Assembly (NCBI GenBank): GCA_038212275.1
Contig: JBBQUR010000002.1
Span: 160,001-224,000, forward strand
Length of the DNA: 64,000 bases
From: Planctomycetota bacterium
GTDB lineage: Bacteria > Planctomycetota > B15-G4
Reading direction: 5' to 3'
Shown: positions 29,016 through 44,998 of the stretch, piece by piece
Numbering within the stretch: the stretch's first letter is position 1
How the letters are laid out: the number at the start of each line of letters is the position of its first letter
Notes under the pieces: model-generated
Seen by the model: only the letters and a program-made list of their open reading frames with translations
What the model was told of the DNA's origin: nothing
Database searches by the model: none
Program-made: the position numbers and the translations under genes

Positions 29016-29891
29016 ATGAAGAACCTCATCCGGTGCGCTGCTGTCGTCGCTGCTGCGACCTTCCTGGTCTCCACCACGCTGCTGGCCCAGCCCGCGCAGC
29101 CGCCGGAACTCGAGTTCCCGCAGCCGAGCCCGGCGGCCACGATCACGCAGCGCGTCGGGCTGACCGACATCGCCATCAACTACGCGCGTCCCAGTGCCAA
29201 GGGTCGCGTGATCTTCGGCGACCTCGTGCCGTACGGCGAGATGTGGCGCACGGGCGCGAACGCCGCGACCACGATCACGTTCAGCACCGACGTGATGGTC
29301 GAAGGCAAGCCGGTTCCAGCCGGCACCTACGCGCTGTTCACGATCCCGGGCAAAACCGAGTGGTCGTTCATTCTCGACAAGGTGGCCGCGCAGTGGGGTG
29401 CGTACACGCACGACCAGGCGAATGAGCTGCTTCGGGTGACGGTGAAGCCCGTGGCCCTGCGCGAGCCGGTGGAGACGCTGCGCATCAGCATGGAGGACCT
29501 CGGCGCCGACTCCGCGAAGCTCGACATCGCGTGGGAGAAGACGGCCGTGTCGGTGACGATCAAGACCGACCTCGTGGCGCTGATGATCCCGAAGATCGAG
29601 GCCGCGATGGCCGGCGACGGACCGAAGCCCTACTTCCCGGCCGCGATGTTCTACTACGACAACGATCGCGATCTGCCGCAGGCCGCCGAGTGGATGGAGA
29701 AGGCCCTGCAGGAGAAGCCGGACGCGGTGTGGATGGTCTACCGCTACGGTCTCATCCTCGACAAGGCGGGCGACAAGGAAGGCGCGATGATCCAGGCGAA
29801 GCTGGCGCTGGATCTCGCGAAGAAGGCGGGCGGCGCGCTGGGCGAGGAGTACACGCACCTCAGCGAGGCGCTCATCGCCCGCCTCAAGTAG
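29016..29891 (+). CDS. DUF2911 domain exported protein with a TPR-like tail
   Basis: PQPSP, QRVGLTDI, YARPSAKGR, IFGDLVPYGEMWRTGANAAT, AGTYALFTIP. Confidence 0.9.
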   Translation: MKNLIRCAAVVAAATFLVSTTLLAQPAQPPELEFPQPSPAATITQRVGLTDIAINYARPSAKGRVIFGDLVPYGEMWRTGANAATTITFSTDVMVEGKPVPAGTYALFTIPGKTEWSFILDKVAAQWGAYTHDQANELLRVTVKPVALREPVETLRISMEDLGADSAKLDIAWEKTAVSVTIKTDLVALMIPKIEAAMAGDGPKPYFPAAMFYYDNDRDLPQAAEWMEKALQEKPDAVWMVYRYGLILDKAGDKEGAMIQAKLALDLAKKAGGALGEEYTHLSEALIARLK

Positions 29892-29922
29892 GCGTTCGAC
29901 TCACCCGACCGACCGCGGGAGC

Positions 29923-32604
29923 ATGCCGATCGAAAGCGATGTCGCGGGTCAGAAGGGGCCCATGCTCCGTCATCTCGCGCCGCGCGAGTCGGGCGCGCCG
30001 CGCGAGTCGGGCGCCCCGCGCGAGTCGGGCGCCCCGAGCGAGCGCGCGATCGAGGACGGCATCCTCGCGTACTTCGCGGAGCGCTATCCGGGCAGCGCGC
30101 CGTACGCGGCTCAGGAGCTGGCGTTCAACGCGATCGCCGAGGGGCTGTCGAGCCTCATCCTCAAGACCCCCACCGGGTCGGGCAAGTCGGAGGTCGCGCT
30201 GGCGGCGCACTTCGCCGCGATGTGCCACGGCACGCGCAGCGTCTACACCGCCCCCACCAAGGCGCTCGTCAACGAGAAGTTCTTCGACCTGACCGGGCAC
30301 TTCGGCGCGCGCCACGTCGGCCTGATGACCGGCGACTCCACCATCAACCGCCACGCACCCATCCTCTGCTGCACGGCGGAGATCCTCGCGAAGATCGCCA
30401 TCCAGCGCGGCCCCGAGGCAGAGTGCGCGTGGGTGATCATGGACGAGTTCCACTTCTTCGGCGACCGCGAACGGGGCATGGCCTGGCTCGTGCCGCTGCT
30501 GGAGTTGAAAGGACCCCGCTTCCTTCTCATGTCCGCCACGCTGAAGGACCCGGAGGAACTGCGCCGCAACCTCGAGCAATGGACCGGCGCCGACGCGCTG
30601 CTGATCGAGGACAACGAACGCCCGGTGCCGCTGGTCGAGGAATTCAAGGAGCTCACGCCGGCCGACGCGCTCGAGAAACTCCTCGCCGACGGGATGGACC
30701 CGGTCTACGTGGTGAGCCTCGCGCGGTGGAAGGCGTCGGCGCTCGCGTCCGAGCTCGAGAAGACGCCGATGCCGGACGAGCTGAAGCGGGGACTGGCCGC
30801 AGGCAAGGCGCAGCGCGATGAGCTGATGGCCACCGTCGCCTTCGACACGCCCTTCGGCAAGCGCCTCAAGGGGCACCTGCGCAAGGGCGTGGCCGTCCAC
30901 CACGGCGGCATGCTGCCCAAGTATCGGCGCCTCGTGGAGCGGCTCGCCAAGCTGCGCCGCCCCGACAGCCCCGAGCGTGCGCTGGCCATCATCTGCGGGA
31001 CCAACACGCTGGGCGTCGGCGTGGACCTGCCGATCAAGACCGTGCTCATCACCGACCTCAACTTCAAGGCGGGCGACGACATGCGGCGCCTGTCCGCGCA
31101 GGACTACCGGCAGCTTTCCGGCCGGGCCGGTCGCAAGCGCTACCACGACATGGGCTACGTGTGGCTGCTCGCGCCCGAACACGAGGTCGAAAACGCGCAG
31201 CGCAAGCTCAAGGCCGAGGCGAAGGGCAAGAAGGTGCGGCTGCGCCAGCCGCCCGAGGGCTTTCGCGGCTGGTCCGAGGAAACGCTGCGCGCGCTGAGCA
31301 GCAAGCCCGCCAGCCACCTCGTCTCGCGCGTGGATCTCTCCGCGCGGCTGCTGCTCGAATTCCTGCAGCGCCCCGGCGACGGCCGCGAGCAGATGGAGGA
31401 GTTTCTCCGCAGCGCGAAGCTGACCGCCAAGCCGGAAGCCGAGCTGCTGGCGCGGCTGCAGGAGATGTATGCGGCGCTGCTGGCCTCGGGCGCGGTGGTG
31501 CGCCTCGACGCGCCCGACGAGAACGGCTGCCTGCACGCCGTGCACATCGACCTCGACCGAGCCCTCGACCGACCGCTGGGTCTCTTCCTGGAGCACGCGC
31601 TGCTTGCGCTCCCGGAGGAGGAACGCGTGGTGGAAGGCCTGCTCGCGGTCGTCGAGTCCGTGGTCGAGTGCCACCGCGGCATCCTCATCACCCAGGATCG
31701 TCGCGCGAAGGACAAGGCCTTCCAGGAGGGCGGGCCGATTCCCTTCGGAGACATGGAGGCCATCCGTGCGCGGGAGAAGCGCCTGGACGAGGCGACGCGC
31801 GACCGCCCCGGCGAGGAATGGATCGCCGCGGAGTTCGAGCGCTGGCGCCGCGACCATCCCTTCCTCGTCGCCGACGACCTCGCGCCGGATGCCAAGTCCG
31901 TGGTGCGCGAGATGTTCGAGTGCGGTCACGCCTTCACCGCCTACATCCGCGAGTGCAGCTACACCCGGAAAATGGGCGACCGGCGCGTCCGCATGGACCT
32001 CTCCGACTCCGAGAACGACCTGCTCTACTACCTGTCGGAGGTCTACCGCGTCCTCGACCGCTATCTGCCCGAGGCTTGCCTCACCTGGGACGGGGTCCCG
32101 GAGCTGACCGAGTGGCTGGCCATCGTCATCGGGCAGGTGGACAGCAGCCTCGTGGACGAGTGGGCCGGCCCGCGCGCGGGTGTCGCGGCGCGCGACGCCG
32201 ACGCGAAGTCGCCGCTCATCCCGGAAGACGTGACCACGCGCAGCAAGCTCTTCCGCCGCCTCGTGCGGAACGAGGCCTTCGGCTGGGTGCGCGCGCTGGC
32301 CGCCGGGGACCCCGAGATGCTGGAGGAGATCGCCAGCGAAGCGTGCCCGCTGGCCCGGCTCACCGCTGCGCGCGCGGCCTACGTCGCGAGCCACGGCGAG
32401 ATCCGCCTCGACGCCGCTGCGCGCGGCCCGACGCTTTTCTCCTACGCCGATGACCTCGGCCGCGTCGAGCAGACCATCCTCGATCCCGAGGAAGACCAGG
32501 ACTGGGTGTTCGTCGGCCAGGTCGATGCCGCGGCTTCACGCGCGGCGGGCCGCGCCGTCGTGACGCTCACCGGCATCGACTGCCTCGGGGAGCCGGGCGT
32601 CTGA
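29923..32604 (+). CDS. DEAD/DEAH-box Ski2-like helicase with a DUF3516-like C-terminus
   Basis: PTGSGKS, PTKALVNEK, DEFH, MSAT, HHGGMLP, TLGVGV, QLSGRAGR, VDSSLVDEW. 18-nt repeat (APRESG x3) near the start. Confidence 0.9.
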   Translation: MPIESDVAGQKGPMLRHLAPRESGAPRESGAPRESGAPSERAIEDGILAYFAERYPGSAPYAAQELAFNAIAEGLSSLILKTPTGSGKSEVALAAHFAAMCHGTRSVYTAPTKALVNEKFFDLTGHFGARHVGLMTGDSTINRHAPILCCTAEILAKIAIQRGPEAECAWVIMDEFHFFGDRERGMAWLVPLLELKGPRFLLMSATLKDPEELRRNLEQWTGADALLIEDNERPVPLVEEFKELTPADALEKLLADGMDPVYVVSLARWKASALASELEKTPMPDELKRGLAAGKAQRDELMATVAFDTPFGKRLKGHLRKGVAVHHGGMLPKYRRLVERLAKLRRPDSPERALAIICGTNTLGVGVDLPIKTVLITDLNFKAGDDMRRLSAQDYRQLSGRAGRKRYHDMGYVWLLAPEHEVENAQRKLKAEAKGKKVRLRQPPEGFRGWSEETLRALSSKPASHLVSRVDLSARLLLEFLQRPGDGREQMEEFLRSAKLTAKPEAELLARLQEMYAALLASGAVVRLDAPDENGCLHAVHIDLDRALDRPLGLFLEHALLALPEEERVVEGLLAVVESVVECHRGILITQDRRAKDKAFQEGGPIPFGDMEAIRAREKRLDEATRDRPGEEWIAAEFERWRRDHPFLVADDLAPDAKSVVREMFECGHAFTAYIRECSYTRKMGDRRVRMDLSDSENDLLYYLSEVYRVLDRYLPEACLTWDGVPELTEWLAIVIGQVDSSLVDEWAGPRAGVAARDADAKSPLIPEDVTTRSKLFRRLVRNEAFGWVRALAAGDPEMLEEIASEACPLARLTAARAAYVASHGEIRLDAAARGPTLFSYADDLGRVEQTILDPEEDQDWVFVGQVDAAASRAAGRAVVTLTGIDCLGEPGV

Positions 32605-32650
32605 GGCGCGCCGGCTCAGTCTCCCCGGGAGTCCGCAGCACGCTGGCAGC

Positions 32651-33658
32651 TCAGCCGCGCCACTCGGGCGAGACGTGCCAGCTGTTCAGCAGCGCCATGT
32701 AGTTGCCCCGCTCGTAGTGCGAGGCGTCGGGACAGCGCGCCAGGTTCATGCTGCCGACGAGCTGCTGCATGGACTCGTACTCGTGCTCCTCCAGCCAGGT
32801 GCGCAGGCCGTCCAGCACCGTGGTCAGGTGCCCCGGCCCGTGGCGCAGCAGCGCGGAAACGAGCTGCACCGCGTGCGCGCCGGCCATGAGCGCTTTGATC
32901 GCGTCGGCCGCCGTGTGCACGCCGCCGCTGCAGCCCAGCGAGAGCGAGGTCGTCGGCGACACGATGGCCAGCCAGCGCAGGCGCAGCGGCAGCTCGCTGC
33001 TGTCCGACAGGTGCAGCGTGCGCTGGAGCTCCAGGTTCTCGAGGTCGATGTCGGGCTGGTAGTAGCGGTTGAAGAGCAGCACGCCGTCCGCGCCCGCGCG
33101 CTGCAGGCGCGAGACGAAGTGCGGCAGCGCCGTGAAGGACGGCGAGAGCTTCACCGCCAGCGGCAGCTGCACGGAGGCACGCACCTCGGCCACGAGTTCC
33201 AGCAGCCGGCGCTCGACGGCGGTCGCGTCCTCGTCGGGGTCGGTCGGCACGTCGTAGAGGTTCAGCTCCAGCGCGGAGGCGCCGGCCTCGGCCATGAGCC
33301 GGGCGTAGGCCGTCCAGCCGCCGGCCGTCGTGCCATTGAGCGACGCGATGACGGGCACCGCGACGGCCGCGCGAAGGCGCCGCACGTGCTCGAGGTAGGT
33401 GTCGGGCCCGAGCGCAAAGACGTCCGTCTCGGGAAACCAGCTCGTGGCCTCGGAGCTCTCCGCGTGGCCGTAGAGGTAGCGCGCCGCGCCCAGCTGCTCC
33501 CCCGTGATCTGCTCCTCGAAGAGCGAACGCATGACGATGGCGGACGCGCCGGCGTCCTCGAGACGCCGGACCGCGTCCAGGTCATCGGCCATCGGCGACG
33601 CACCCGGCATGAGCGGATGGGCCAGGTCGAGCCCGAGGTAGGTCGTGCGCAGGTCCAT
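32651..33658 (-). CDS. Dihydroorotate dehydrogenase-like protein (nifJ-associated type)
   Basis: MDLRTTYLGL, SLFEEQI, IASLNG, LELN, VKLSP, FNRYYQPDID, YERGNY. Confidence 0.9.
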   Translation of the reverse strand: MDLRTTYLGLDLAHPLMPGASPMADDLDAVRRLEDAGASAIVMRSLFEEQITGEQLGAARYLYGHAESSEATSWFPETDVFALGPDTYLEHVRRLRAAVAVPVIASLNGTTAGGWTAYARLMAEAGASALELNLYDVPTDPDEDATAVERRLLELVAEVRASVQLPLAVKLSPSFTALPHFVSRLQRAGADGVLLFNRYYQPDIDLENLELQRTLHLSDSSELPLRLRWLAIVSPTTSLSLGCSGGVHTAADAIKALMAGAHAVQLVSALLRHGPGHLTTVLDGLRTWLEEHEYESMQQLVGSMNLARCPDASHYERGNYMALLNSWHVSPEWRG

Positions 33659-33661
33659 GGG

Positions 33662-37408
<3,747 letters not shown>

Positions 37409-37529
37409 GCACACGATGCTAGTCCTGCGGCGCGCAAAGCAGGAGGCGAGCTGCATGCCGCGCGCTGAAATACTTGCGCCCCGCATGGGTGATACTTCGC
37501 GGAGGCCTGCGTGATTCTCCGCCCCTGTG

Positions 37530-38108
37530 TCAGGCGCGGCCGTTGCGCTCGGTGCGGGCCTGCGGCAGGACGCGCGCGGCCAGCAGCGTGAGCAGCGGCA
37601 TCGCGACGGCCCACTCGACCGCGACGGCACCGAGGGAGACGGTCGTGTCGCCACCGAGCGAGAGCGCACCGAGACGCGCACCGGCCGCGTACGACAGCGG
37701 GCCGCCCAGCGCGCCGAACAGCGCCGCGAGCAGCGGCCGGCCGAGCAACCAGCGCAGCGACGCATGGAGCGTGCACGCGAGATTCACCCACAGCGCAACC
37801 ATCCACGCGGGGGACAGCGCGGCACCGGCGGCTTCTCCTGTGCTGCCGGCGCTGGCACTCGAGAGCGCTCCGAAGCTCAGCCAGCCGAAGTGCGCCAGGA
37901 GCGAGTCGCACATCAGGCCGGCTGCGGCCGCGGCGATCAGCAGCAGAGCATGTCGGCGCGGATCAGCCGAACCCCGCAGCGTCAGCAGCGCGATGCCGCC
38001 CACCAGCAGCACGCCGGTGAGCGGCCGTCCCTCTGCCGCACCGAGCACGCACGCGAACCAGCCGAGCTGGAACAGCAGTGCGTTGCCGATCAGCCCTGCG
38101 CGCGTCAT
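37530..38108 (-). CDS. DUF2878 family membrane protein
   Basis: NALLFQLGWFACVLG, PAWMVALW, GALGGPLSYAAGARLGA. Confidence 0.85.
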   Translation of the reverse strand: MTRAGLIGNALLFQLGWFACVLGAAEGRPLTGVLLVGGIALLTLRGSADPRRHALLLIAAAAAGLMCDSLLAHFGWLSFGALSSASAGSTGEAAGAALSPAWMVALWVNLACTLHASLRWLLGRPLLAALFGALGGPLSYAAGARLGALSLGGDTTVSLGAVAVEWAVAMPLLTLLAARVLPQARTERNGRA

Positions 38109-39466
38109 GCGTTGGCGCGCGCAGGCCCGTTGCCGCGCGGGAGCCTCCCCACCGCGGCGCCGCGGCCGCCGTGTCCGGCCCGTCGCGCACGCGGCTTGGC
38201 AAAGAGCATGTGCACGTCGCCGAGCACTCCCTCCGCGAAGCCGCCCTCGCAGTAGGCGAAGTAGAACTTCCACAGGCGCTGGAAGCGCGCGTCGTAGCCC
38301 AGCGCCTCGGCCTCGGCGCCGCGCGCGAGCAGCGCCTCCCTCCAGCGCCGCAGCGTGGTGGCGTAGTGCGGACCGATGTCGGTCATGTCGGCCAGGACCA
38401 TGTCCGTGGCGCGCCTGGCGGAAGCCGCCAGCTCCGAGACGCACGGGATGAAGCTGCCCGGGAAGATGTGCCGCCTGATGAAGTCCGTCTCGCGCCGCGC
38501 GCGATCGTAGAGCTGGTCGGCGATGGTGATCGCCTGCAGGAGCATCGAGCCGTCGTCCGCGAGCAGGCGGCTGCACTGGCCGAAGAAGGTGTCGAGATGC
38601 TCGTGGCCGACGGCCTCGACCATCTCGATGGAGACGAGGCGGTCGTAGCTGCCGGTCAGGTCGCGGTAATCGGCGAGCAGCACGTCCACGCGCTGCGACA
38701 GGCCGGCCTCCGCGATGCGGGCCGTGGCGAGCGCGTGCTGTTCGCGCGAGATGGTGGTCGTGGTGACGTGGCAGCCGTGCCGACCGGCGGCGTGCAGCGC
38801 GAAGCCACCCCATCCGGTGCCGATCTCCAGCACGCGCATCCCGGGGCGCAGGTCCAGCGTCCGGCAGATGCGTTCGAGCTTGTGGCGCTGCGCGTCGGCG
38901 AGCGACTCCTGCCCGTGCTCGAAGAGCGCGCAGGAATACATCCACGTCTCGTCGAGGAACAGGCCGAACCAGTCGTTGCCCAGGTCGTAGTGCGCGGCGA
39001 TGTTGCGGCGGCTGCCGCTGCGCGTGTTGCGACGCAGCGCGGACCACAGCGCGCGCGGCGGAGCGGCGAGGCGCGCCAGCCCGCCCTCCACGCCGTCGAG
39101 CACGGCGCGGTTGGCGACGAAGAGCCGCACGACCGCGACGAGATCGTCCGTGCTCCAGTCGCCGCGCGCGAAGGATTCACCCGCCCCGACGCTGCCCCCG
39201 AAGGCCAGCGCGCGCCAGAACTCCGGATCGCGGATCGTGACGACGGCGTGCGGCGCGTCGTCCGTGCCGGCGGCCGCGGACGCCGAGCCGTGCGCCTCGG
39301 CAGGCGCGGCGCCGAACACGTGCACGCCGCCGCTCTCGCGCAGCACGAGGCTGCCGTGGCGCAGCGATGCAAGTCGTCCGAGCACGGCACGCCGCAGCAG
39401 ACGCTGCCACGGCGTCGCGTGGCGCAAGGAAAGGGCGCTGGCAGTCGGCGAAGCTTGCGGAGTCAT
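38105..39466 (-). CDS. Cyclopropane-fatty-acyl-phospholipid synthase family methyltransferase (UfaM/UfaA1-like)
   Basis: NIAAHYDLGN, FLDETWMYSCA, LEIGTGWGG, SIEMVEAVG, FAYCEGGF. Confidence 0.92.
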   Translation of the reverse strand: MTPQASPTASALSLRHATPWQRLLRRAVLGRLASLRHGSLVLRESGGVHVFGAAPAEAHGSASAAAGTDDAPHAVVTIRDPEFWRALAFGGSVGAGESFARGDWSTDDLVAVVRLFVANRAVLDGVEGGLARLAAPPRALWSALRRNTRSGSRRNIAAHYDLGNDWFGLFLDETWMYSCALFEHGQESLADAQRHKLERICRTLDLRPGMRVLEIGTGWGGFALHAAGRHGCHVTTTTISREQHALATARIAEAGLSQRVDVLLADYRDLTGSYDRLVSIEMVEAVGHEHLDTFFGQCSRLLADDGSMLLQAITIADQLYDRARRETDFIRRHIFPGSFIPCVSELAASARRATDMVLADMTDIGPHYATTLRRWREALLARGAEAEALGYDARFQRLWKFYFAYCEGGFAEGVLGDVHMLFAKPRARRAGHGGRGAAVGRLPRGNGPARANA

Positions 39467-40527
39467 CGGGAGGATCTCTCCTGTCCGGGGCGTGAGGCGG
39501 GGCCCTCTCCCGGGCCCTCTCCCGGGCCCTCGCCCGGGCGCGGCCCGGTGTGCGGGTAAAAGGGCGTGCGGCGCAGGCGCAGCAGCAGCGCCTGCCAGTA
39601 GATGGCCAGGTGCACCTTGCCGGTCATGAAGGGGTGGCGCAGCAGGGCGCGCGCCAGCTGGCCGCCGTCGAGCGGATGGCGCTGGAGTTGCAGCGTCGCA
39701 TCAAGGACCACGGAGCCGCCGCGCGCGACGTCCATGTGCACGAGCAGGTGCTCGCCGGGTGCGCCGAAGCGCCAGTCGTAGTCCATGTCCAGCGGCAGGA
39801 AGGGCGAGACGTGGAAGCGCTTGGCGAAGCGGAAGCGCAGCGTGCGCGGAGCGCCGCGCTGCGTCGGGGACTCCGATGCGTAGAGCGTCGCACGCCGCGC
39901 ACCGGAGGGTGGCTCCGCGTCGCGTGCCGCGTCGAGCACGTAGACGTGGCGCTCGCTCCAGGGCGTGTTGGTGATTTCCGCGACGACGGCGGTCAGCGTC
40001 GTGCCGTCCGCATCGAAGCAGTAGTAGAAGCTCACCGGATTGAAGCAGTAGCCGAGGCACGCGAGGTTCGTGAGCAAGCGGATGGGGCCGTCCGGGCGGC
40101 GCCCCGTGGCGGCCTCCACGCGGTCGCGCACCGCGGTGTCCAGCGGCACGTCCACCGGCCCCAGGTAGTCCGCCCGCCGGAAGCGCACCAGCGCCACGCG
40201 CTCCGCCGACCAGAACAGCCGGCCCGAGAGCGCCGCGGGCAGTTCCGCCAGGTCGAGGTAGAGCATGAAGACGCGGTAGGTGAAAGCGCGCGCCCGCGGC
40301 AGGAAGCGTCGATGCCGCACCCAACCGGAATACAGCGCGCTCTGCCGCGCGCCGGGCGCGGCCTGCGCGCTCTGCGCGCTCTGCGTGCTCTGCGTGCTCT
40401 GCGTGCTCTGCGTGCTCTGCGCGCTCTGCGCGCTCTGCGTGGCCGGTATTCCCGGCCTGCGGGCCGTCGCGCCTGCCGGGTCCGGCGCAACCGACGCGCC
40501 CGTCGTCGCGGAGACGGGCGTGTTCAT
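39463..40527 (-). CDS. DUF1365 family protein (UfaO-like)
   Basis: HRRFLP, FNPVSFYYC, EITNTPWSERHVY, KRFHVSPF, IYWQALLL. Contains 9-nt and 12-nt tandem repeats. Confidence 0.92.
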   Translation of the reverse strand: MNTPVSATTGASVAPDPAGATARRPGIPATQSAQSAQSTQSTQSTQSTQSAQSAQAAPGARQSALYSGWVRHRRFLPRARAFTYRVFMLYLDLAELPAALSGRLFWSAERVALVRFRRADYLGPVDVPLDTAVRDRVEAATGRRPDGPIRLLTNLACLGYCFNPVSFYYCFDADGTTLTAVVAEITNTPWSERHVYVLDAARDAEPPSGARRATLYASESPTQRGAPRTLRFRFAKRFHVSPFLPLDMDYDWRFGAPGEHLLVHMDVARGGSVVLDATLQLQRHPLDGGQLARALLRHPFMTGKVHLAIYWQALLLRLRRTPFYPHTGPRPGEGPGEGPGEGPASRPGQERSSR

Positions 40528-41782
40528 GGCGCCACTCCGAAGGCGCGGCCGACGACGAGCGCGCTCTTCACGCCGTCCTCGTGGAAGCCCCAGCCCCAGT
40601 AGGCGCCGCAGTAATGCGTGCGCCGCACGCCGGAGATCTCCGCGTGCCGGCGCTGCGCCGCGACGGCGGTCTCGCTGAACACGGGGTGGTGATAAGTGAG
40701 GCGCCGCACCACGCTTGCGGGCTCGATCACGTCGCTGCGATTGAGCGTGACGCAGTACGCCTGCTCCGTGTCGAGGCCCTGCAGCCGGTTCATCCAGTAG
40801 GTGACGGCGGGGCGACCCGATGCGCCGGCGGGCAAGTGATAGTTCCAGCTGGCGCGCGCGGCCGGCACGGTCGGCAGCAGGCGCGCGTCGCGGTGCAGCA
40901 CCGTGTCGTTCTCCTGCCAGCCGAAGGCGGAGAGCACCGCGCGCTCCTCGGGACTGGCGTCGTCGAGCATGCCGAGCGCATCGTTCGCGTGGCACGCGAG
41001 AATGACGTGGTCGAAGCGCTCCGTGGCGCCGCGCGCCGTCACCTCGACGTGCCCGGCACGTCGTGCGATGGACGTGACCGGCGTGTTCAGGCGGATCGAC
41101 TCGCGCCAGCCTGCGGTCAGCGCTTCGACGTAGCGCGCGCTGCCACCGCGGATCACCAGCCACTGCGGGCGGTCGTCCACGCTGAGCATGCCGTGATTGT
41201 CGAGGAAGCGGAACAGCCAGCGCGCCGGCACGTCGAGCATGCGCCGCGGGTCGCTGGACCAGATCGCGGCGGACATCGGCAGCAGGTAGTGCTCGCGGAA
41301 GCCGCGCGACCAGCCATGCGCTTCGACAAAGGTGCCAAGCGTCGGGCCGGGATCCGCGGGCTCGCTCGCCACGGCGAGCAGCGCGCGCGCTTCGCGGTGA
41401 AAGCGCAGGATGTCGGCCACCATGCGGTGAAAGCCCGGTCTCAGCAGATTGCGGCGCTGGCAGTAGAGCGTGTTGAGTGACGTGCCGCAGTACTGCAGAC
41501 CGGTGCCCTCGTCATGCACCGAGAAACTCATGTCGCTGTCCTGCCACGCGACGCCCAGCCGGCGCAGCAGCGCACAGAACTCCGGGTAGGTGCGCTCGTT
41601 GAACACGATGAAGCCCGTGTCCACGGCGAGGTCCGCGCCGGAGCGTCCCGCGCCGGGCAGCGCGTGCGTGTGCGTGTGACCGCCGACATGATCGCCGCCC
41701 TCGAACACGACCAGCTCGTGCTCGCGGTGCAGCAGAAAGGCCGCGGTCATGCCGGCGATGCCGGTCCCGACGATCGCGATCC

Positions 41783-41786
<4 letters not shown>
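40524..41786 (-). CDS. FAD-dependent oxidoreductase, amine-oxidase family (UfaD-like)
   Basis: IAIVGTGIAG, GGHTHT, VDTGFIVFN, SWNY, CGAYWGWGFHEDG. Confidence 0.92.
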
Positions 41787-42777
<991 letters not shown>

Positions 42778-42781
<4 letters not shown>

Positions 42782-43821
42782 CTCGGCAGCTCGCTGCGTC
42801 GGAATCGATAGTGGGAGACCCACCATTGCTGCCCGCCCTGATATGCGAAGAGCTCGGCGCACGCCATGAAGAACACGCGCCAGCGCTGCAGCCAGCGGCG
42901 GGCGTCTCGCTCGCCGTAGGTGGCCACCAGCACCGGCATCACGGCGGACTTGCGCGCATCGAGCAGCGCGAGCCACGCTTCGGCGGTGCGCGCATAGTGC
43001 GTGCCGTTCACGACCCAGCGCTCCTCGACGACGAGGTCGCGGTCGAAGGCCGTGAGCAGGTCGTGGCTCGGCATCTGCCCGCCGGTGAAGAAGTACCGGC
43101 CCATCCAGTTGTCGTCGCCCTCCGTCTCGAAGGGATAGGCGCAGCTCCTGTGCGCGAAGACGTGCACGAAGAGCCGGCCCTCCGGCGCGAGCCAGCGCGC
43201 GATGCGTGCGAGCAGCAGTTCGTAGTTGCGCATGTGCTCGAACATCTCCACGGAGACCACGCGGTCGAAGCGCTCCGTCGTGTCGAAGACGTTCATGTCC
43301 CTGGTGAGCACGCCGAGGTTGGTCAGGCCGCGCTCGCGGCAGCGGGCCTCGATGTGCGCGCGCTGCGCGGCGGAGTTGGACACGGCAGTGATGCGACTGT
43401 GCGGGTAACGTTCCGCCATCCACAGCGAGAGACTGCCCCAGCCGCAGCCCAGCTCGAGGACGCGCTGGCCGTCGCGCAGCTGCGCGCGCTCGCAGGTCAG
43501 CGCGAGCATCGCGTCCTCGGCCTGAGCCAGCGTGCTGTCGGGGCGCTCGAAGAGGCAGCCGCTGTACTTCAGGCGCGGCCCGAGAACCTGTTCGAAGAAA
43601 GCGGCCGGCACCTCGTAGTGCTGGCGATTGGCGTCCGCCGTGTGCAGCGCGAGGCGGCTCTCGCGCAATTCCTGCATCCACGCCGACAGCCGCGCGGCGC
43701 GCTCCGCCGGACTGCCGCGCTGCTCGTCGGCCAGTCGCCGCGCGAGCAGCCGCCGGATCCCGAGCCGCACGCCCGCATCGGGCAGCAGGCCCTTCTCGAC
43801 GAGTTCCAGCGCGAGGCTCAC
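42778..43821 (-). CDS. Second SAM-dependent methyltransferase of the Cfa/CMAS family
   Basis: [47 protein letters not shown] start overlaps the upstream stop. Confidence 0.9.
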
Positions 43822-44639
43822 GAGTGCGCACCTCCGTGTGCCGGAAGCGTGTCGCGGCGCGGCGGCCGCGGGAAGAAGGCGGACGTCGTGCGCTGGTAGG
43901 CGCGGTAGTCGTCCCCGCGGCTCTTGAGCGCCTGCGCCTCCGTGGGCGGGATGCCCGTCACCTTGAGCACGAGGAAGAGGATGAGTGCCGGCGCGAGCAG
44001 TGTGACCCACCACAACGGCGCGCCCGCAGCCAGCGCGACGTAGCTCCACCAGTGGATCCACTCGAAGAAGTAGTTGGGGTGGCGTGACCACGCCCACATC
44101 CCGCGACGGCAGGTGCGGCCGCGGTTGGCCGGGTCGGCGCGCCAGCGGGAAAGCTGCCTGTCCGCGATCGACTCGCCGCCGACGGCGATGACCCAGAGTG
44201 CGATGCCGGCCATGTCCCAGCCGTCGCCGAAGGGCCGGCCCGCGCCCGCCACGGCGAGAAACGAGAGCGAGAGCATGACGTCGAGCACGCCCTGCACCTG
44301 GAAGAACAGGAAAAGCTTGCCCTGCGCGCTTGCGCCCCACGTCGCTCGCAGCGTCTTGTAGCGGCCCTCTTCCGGCTGGCCCTTGATGCGGTTGAGGAAG
44401 AGGTATGCCGCGAGGCGGAACGACCAGAGGCCGGCGAGCACCGCGAGCAGCACGCGCCGCTCCATCGACCCGCCGCCGAAGTGTGCGTAGAGCAGGGCGA
44501 GGATGCCGAGCCCCGCGGCCCAGCCCACGTCCACGATGCCGGCGTTGCCGGAAGAGCGCTGCCAGCTCCACAGCGCGCCCATGAGGACCATCATGGCAAG
44601 CAGTCCCCAGAGCATGAGCAGCGCGGGATCGGGGAGCAT
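43818..44639 (-). CDS. DUF1295 (steroid 5-alpha-reductase-like) membrane protein
   Basis: [42 protein letters not shown]. Confidence 0.9.
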   Translation of the reverse strand: MLPDPALLMLWGLLAMMVLMGALWSWQRSSGNAGIVDVGWAAGLGILALLYAHFGGGSMERRVLLAVLAGLWSFRLAAYLFLNRIKGQPEEGRYKTLRATWGASAQGKLFLFFQVQGVLDVMLSLSFLAVAGAGRPFGDGWDMAGIALWVIAVGGESIADRQLSRWRADPANRGRTCRRGMWAWSRHPNYFFEWIHWWSYVALAAGAPLWWVTLLAPALILFLVLKVTGIPPTEAQALKSRGDDYRAYQRTTSAFFPRPPRRDTLPAHGGAHS

Positions 44640-44998
44640 GCGCGACGGGTTCCGGAGCCGGCGGAGAGAGGCGACGCGGGCGCCTTCATAGCCGCTGCGC
44701 TGCGCGGAGTCCGAGACGATCGCCCCGGATCTTCGAGGCTCTCGTTGACGTGAAGCGTCAGGCGGCATGCGAGCTGGCATGGCATGCCTCCCGCGCAATC
44801 GGCTCTGGCGAAGGAGATTCCGTGCCGCTCACCGCGCGCCGGTTCGGACGCCGGCGACCACCACCGATGCTGCCCCGCCGTCGAGCTGCTTCGCGTCCCG
44901 GCGCGCCGGCAATGGATGGACGTGCGGCGCGGCATCGAGGCTATGTCTGGCGACCACCCGTGCCGCGTCGCGAGCGGCGCGCCCCGTGTCCGGAGTCC

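Noticed and set aside
29923..32604. Helicase as part of an anti-phage defence system
   Set aside because: Standalone DUF3516-type Ski2-like helicase with no adjacent nuclease, methylase or other defence gene.
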